From Chromera velia (lineage: Eukaryota): a DNA stretch of 64,000 nt. The notes beneath the pieces are model-generated. The model was not told where the DNA came from. It did no database searches and saw only the letters and a program-made list of their open reading frames with translations. How positions within the stretch are numbered: position 1 is the stretch's first letter; each line of letters starts with the position of its first letter. Made by a program: the position numbers and the translations under genes. Shown here piece after piece: positions 63,566-64,000 of the stretch. The DNA lies in the NCBI GenBank assembly GCA_018398765.1, contig JAHBMJ010000521.1, positions 1 to 64,000 of the forward strand, read 5' to 3'.

Positions 63566-64000
63566 TGCTCAGCCAGCTGGCCCGCATACATTGCCTGCCA
63601 ATGCCTGGATCAGCCTGGACCGCAGTAGTCTATATAATTGCCTCTCATACAATTTCATACATCTCTCATTATTACCACCTCTCTTCTCCTGGGAACTGAT
63701 TATGTTTGTCGCAAAAAGGAGGTTCGGAGTTTGAAGCTCGCCTAGCTGGAGACGTGCGTGAACAGGAGACGGCTTAAGAAGGTTCCGGGTATGTAGACGG
63801 ATATAGGTTTGTCCTCAGCCAAGGCACTTACGCGTCGGTGTGAGCTCCAGGCGAGATCTTTTGACGTGTTGAAAGCCTCAGCTCGAGAACATATGGGAGT
63901 CTGTGTGTTGAGAGTTTTTGAGCGAGATCGAAAGAGAAGCTGCTTGCTGCATTGGACCGACGCATGCGTTTGTTCCTCTTTCTCTTCCTTCAAAGTTTGT

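Overview
Eukaryotic, intron-rich genomic DNA: GT-AG introns full of (CA)n/(GA)n/(GTCT)n/(GAAA)n microsatellites, TGCATGCA-rich promoters and one N gap. The style is most like a chromerid alveolate such as Chromera velia; this is an inference, not a database match. Splicing exons by hand gives about 11 genes in strictly alternating orientation: (1) Cys/His zinc-finger protein (-, runs off the left end); (2) small multi-pass membrane protein (+); (3) low-complexity hypothetical (-); (4) secreted protein with an internal duplication (+); (5) 1298-aa intronless low-complexity protein (-); (6) small hypothetical (+); (7) ~2100-aa protein with KNL1/Spc105-like architecture (-); (8) golgin-84/CASP-family coiled-coil tail-anchored protein (+); (9) small, possibly plastid-targeted protein (-); (10) F-box/WD40 protein (+); (11) signal peptide + ankyrin + J-domain gene carrying a frameshift (-). 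Divergent pairs share short promoters rich in GCATGC/CpG. Every convergent junction holds an AT-rich island enriched in CTAG/TpA, which looks like RIP-type C-to-T hypermutation. One island abuts a decayed non-LTR retrotransposon 3' end with a hairpin-rich UTR. No CRISPR, tRNA or rRNA was seen. Exon boundaries were read manually and some are approximate.
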